64,000 bases of DNA from an uncultured Acidobacteriota bacterium (GTDB taxonomy: Bacteria; Acidobacteriota; UBA6911): assembly GCA_963827655.1 (NCBI GenBank), contig CAWHCF010000038.1, positions 153,445-217,444 on the forward strand, read 5' to 3'. Positions 60,167 to 64,000 of the stretch are shown here, piece after piece. Both the position numbers and the translations under genes were made by a program. The notes under the pieces were generated by a model. It made no database searches. It had not been told where the DNA came from and worked only from the letters and a program-made list of their open reading frames with translations. How positions within the stretch are numbered: position 1 is the first letter of the stretch; every line of letters starts with the position of its first letter.

Positions 60167-62816
60167 TTACTCCGTGTAGAGGAATTCGTTGGAGTTGAGC
60201 AGCACGCGGCAGATCGAGGCGAGGTCGCCTCGATAGCCGGTGAATTGATCGATTTCGTCGGGGCGTGGCGAGCGGCCCAGCACGAGCGCGAAAGCGCGGC
60301 GCACCTGATTCAGGCGGTTATCTCCCGCGTCCTTGCGGATCCGTTCGGCCAGGACCCCGGACTCTTCGTGCACCAGCGCGCCGTTCATCATTGACAGCGC
60401 CTGGAGCGGAGTGGTCGTCGAACTGCGGCGCTCGCACGACTCGCTGAAAGCCGGCGCGTCGAACGCCGCCATCATCGGCAGGGGCATTGAGCGGCGCTGG
60501 AAAATGTATACCGAGCGGCGGCGGGCGTCCTCATCGCGTTCGTTCGGTTCCCACATCAAGCCGCCGGTGCGTCCGTAGCGCGCGAAATCGGCAAGGTCGG
60601 CGGGCAGCGGCGGGAATACGCTCGGGCCGCCCATCTCCGGATTCAGACGGCCGGAGAGAGCGAGGATGCTGTCGCGGATCGCTTCGGCCTCGAGGCGGCG
60701 GCGCTCGAAGCGGGTGAAGAGCCTGTTGTCGGGATCCTTGTCGGCGGGGTTGTCGGCCGCCTGCCGGTAAGTGTTCGACAACAGCATCAGCTTGTGCATG
60801 GCCTTGATGTCCCAGCCGGACTCGACGAAGCGCACCGCAAGCCAGTCCAGAAGTTCCGGATGAGTAGGGCGCTCGCCGTTGCGGCCGAAATCGCTCGGCG
60901 TGCGCACGATGCCCTGGCCGAAATGATGCTGCCAGATGCGGTTCACCATGACGCGCGCGGTCAACGGATTGTCGGCGCTGGCGATCCATTTAGCGAGTGT
61001 GATGCGGCGCCCTCGAGTAAGGAATTGGCGATAGCGGTCGGTTTCGAGTTGCAGCCGGTTCTTCGCGGCCCGTGATGGCGGTGGGAAATCCGGCTTCGAC
61101 GGCCTCACGCGGCTGCAGATACTCGCCGCGTTCGAGGATTCTCGTCGGGGCGATGTCCGGGCCCGTCGGCGGACCGGGCACGTTGGTAACCGCCAGTACG
61201 CTCGGACGCCAGCGGGCCAGCCGGCGGCGCACGATATCGACCGCGCCGCTAAGCTCCGAATAGCGGTTTTTCTCCTCGAGCGTGAAGATAGAGTTGGCCG
61301 AGTACTCGGCCTGGGCTTCGGCGCGAACATCCGCGCGGTCCAGCGCATCGAACCGGCCGGAGGGATCGACCGAGCCGCCGCCATACGCGACCCGCAGCTT
61401 CTTCATCAGCTGTTCTTCGCAGGCGTCGAGTGACGCCTTCTCTTCCAGATCGCCGGTGCGGTTGGCCGATTCGAGGAGCTGAGCGTGGCGCGCCTTTTCC
61501 TCTTCGGTGAAGATGCGCTGCTTCTTCAGCCGAAGCTCGAGGCGAAGATCGGCGGTGGTGTAATCCTTGCCTTGCGCGCGCTCGCTCCTGCCTGCGATGA
61601 GCTTCTTGAGCAGTTCGTCCTCGAAGTCCGCAAGCTCCTTCTGCTCCGGCCCATCCTTCAGACGGTCTTCGTATTCCTTGATCTTCTGCTGGGCTTTTTC
61701 ACCGAGGGCCTTGTCACGAAACGGGACTTCCACGTTTCCGCCGGCCTGCGTCGCCTGGAAGAAAGCCTGCAGCCGATAGTAATCACGCTGCGGAATGGGA
61801 TCGTACTTGTGATCGTGGCAGCGGGCACAGCCCATGGTCAGCCCAAGGAACACGGATGAGGTGGTCGAAGTCACTTCACTCAAAAAGTTCTGGCGCACTT
61901 CGGCGGCCACCAGGTTCGAGCGGTCCCACGGCGCCAGGCGCAGGAAGCCGGTGGGAATCAGACCCTGCTCATCCGGCTGATAGTTGTTGCGCGTCTTGGA
62001 GTGCTCGTCTCCGCCGGCGAGTTGCTGCATGATGAACCGGTCATACGGCATGTTCGAGTTGAACGCGTCGATCACCCAGTCTCTATAGCGCCAGGCGTTA
62101 CCGATCATGCCGTCGCCTTCGAGGCCATTGGTTTCGCCGTAGCGCGCCAGGTCAAGCCAGTGGCGACCCCAGCGCTCGCCATAGCGAGGATCGGCTAGCA
62201 GCCGGTCAATCAGCTTCTCGTAGGCGTTCGGAGAGGGATCAGCGACGAATGCCTCCATCTCTTCAGGCGTGGGAGGAAGCCCGATGAGGTCATAGTAGGC
62301 GCGGCGCGCCAGGGTGCGCGGCGATGCGGGGGGCGCCGGCGAGATCCCTTTCTGTTCGAGCTGAGCCAGAATGAAGGCATCGATTTCGTTTCCTACCCAG
62401 GCGGCGTTGCGTACAGAGGGCGCGGCTTTCTTCACGGGCTTTTCGAAGGGCCAGCGCCATTCGGTTGCCGTCTGCGCAGCTTGGGCGGGCAAAGAACGGA
62501 TCCACTGTTCGATTCTGTCGATGTCCGCGCCGGCAAGCTTTTTGCCCATGGGCATCTGCGGCTGCAGTTCGCCCCTGAGCAGCTTGAGCAGTGGGCTGCC
62601 GGCGGGGTGTCCAGCTATGACAGCCTTGCCGTACTTGTTGCCGCCGGCAAAAACAGAAGCGGAACTGGAGACGGAGAAGCCACTGGTTCTGGTTGCGTCC
62701 GAGTGGCACTCCGCGCAGTTGGCCTTCAGGATCGCATTGACCGCCGGATCCATCTCCTGGCTCGGAGATGCCCGGATCGTGGCGGCCATCAATAGAACGA
62801 TCAAAGGTATGCGCAT
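60167..62816 (-). CDS. PSD1 / planctomycete cytochrome c domain protein (DUF1549 + DUF1553), frameshifted near 61050
   Basis: CAECH, YGERWGRHWLDLARY, CARCHDHKYDPI; second frame NPLTARVMVNRIWQHHFGQG, HPELLDWLA, TTPLQAL, LLNSNEFLY. Confidence 0.88.
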
Positions 62817-62818
62817 TA

Positions 62819-63355
62819 TTAGAAGAGGAACTTCAACGCGAACTGGACCTGCCGGGGCGCATTCGCCTGACCGAGCACTCTTCCGAAGTTCACGTTGCCA
62901 ACCGTCGTATTTGGATCGGCGAAGACGGGGTGATTGAACACGTTAAACGCCTCGGCCCGGCAATTGTACCCTGACCTCGCTCGCGGATGCGAAAGTTCTT
63001 TGAAGACCGAGAAATCCAGGTTTTCAACGCGATCTCCCCGGAGGGTTGGGTGCAAGCGCCCGACGTTGCCGAAGGTGTACGGCGCCGGCAGGACAAATTC
63101 GGTCGTGTTTAACCAGCGTTCGAGCGTGCGCTCGCCTTTGGGGACGTCTGCGCTCCTGCCGGTCGAGTCAGGGCGCTGTCCCCGCCGAACGAAAAACTGG
63201 TGTTCTGGACCACGCCGAACTGAAGCGGCCGCGCGCTGCCGATAACGGCGATTCCGTTGATCTGCCATTGGCCGAGGATAGCATCGGCCACCTTGTTCCA
63301 GCTCGCTCCTAGCGGCTTGCCTCGTCCGAACGGCAACTCGTAGGTGAAGTTTATG
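62819..63355 (-). pseudogene. C-terminal remnant of an Oar-like TonB-dependent receptor
   Basis: YELPFGRG, LGQWQING, FGNVGR, RAEAFNVFNHP, RQVQFALKFLF spread over shifting frames; no 5' part present. Confidence 0.75.
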
Positions 63356-63446
63356 CCGCGATAGGCGCGAGACCGCCGCCGGGGACATTCAGTTCATGTT
63401 GGCTCGAAAACCCGCAAAATCAAGCTCGGTCGGCGGGGCGCGCGCC

Positions 63447-63857
63447 TCAGCCGGCCTTGACGAGACGGCCGAAGAGGTTGGCCCGGAAACAAGCCAGCCA
63501 GGAGCAGCGGTTCACCGCGCGCTCGTAGACCACTCCCATCAGGAACGGCACCGCGTGGAATAGCAGGTAGGACGGCTCCGCCTCCCGCGCGATCAGCTCG
63601 CAGGAGGCGAATCCTGCGCGCCGCGACTCACGCGCGACACGGCGGGCGGAGTTTATACGGTAGAAGACCAGCCACGGCTCGTGGGCGTCCACGGGGAGGC
63701 CCCGCGCGGGGTTGGCCACGAGTAGGTGGAACCGATGCGGGGTCATGCGCGAGATCAAGGCGACATAGTGGAAGAGATTCGGAGTTCGGAAGAAAAAGCT
63801 CCCTCCGGGCTGCAGCACGCGATGAACCTCAGACAGGAAGGTCAGCCGGTTAGTCAC
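63447..63857 (-). pseudogene. Class I SAM-dependent methyltransferase, C-terminal fragment
   Basis: FLSEVHRVLQPGGSFFFRTPN; the N-terminal SAM-binding motif I is absent. Confidence 0.6.
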
Positions 63858-64000
63858 CTGGCTTGTACACTTGCGAACCTTGTCACCAATCCTTCCGCAA
63901 GCAGAATCTAGCGCCTATTTCTTCATCTCGCCCGTTTAGGTTTCACTTTCATCTGGTACGAGGGTTGTTCTGGTCGAGGCCTGAAGCGCGATGCAGGAAG

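Noticed and set aside
665-60179. Long antisense ORFs (665-2008, 3905-5065, 6006-7406, 14478-16100, 58800-60179 and others)
   Set aside because: They shadow well-supported genes on the opposite strand, which is expected in GC-rich DNA, and show no family motifs.

Overview
Bacterial chromosomal window, most consistent with Acidobacteriota (inferred from the PadR + orphan ABC-permease pair, the aroD-aroE fusion, an Oar-like TonB receptor C-terminus and the DUF1501/PSD1 pair). The backbone carries a Na+/solute symporter with two sulfatases, a ZnuD-like TonB receptor, assorted enzymes, a dinB-aroDE-thrB-hisZGDCBHAF(IE)-glgC run, nfo, transporters and a PSD1/DUF1501 pair. Several ordinary genes have single frameshifts, probably long-read indels. 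Main observations: (1) an unannotated CxU selenoprotein, a UshA-like domain fused to a tetraheme cytochrome c and split by an in-frame UGA with a SECIS-like hairpin (12166-13617); (2) a His/CxxC leader peptide whose RGPP arrest-motif codons are complementary to the RBS of the downstream TonB receptor (8451-8923); (3) a ~13.5-kb island (20277-33765) bracketed by a ~331-bp direct repeat, with nested IS remnants and a Sec-signal RHS protein whose C-terminal tip has a mirror-symmetric cysteine pattern; (4) four families of intergenic repeats (9-mer arrays, 7-mer arrays, a TIR MITE at stop codons, GGGGAC-GTCCCC palindromes). No rRNA, tRNA or CRISPR array was seen. All calls come from reading motifs; no database searches were run.
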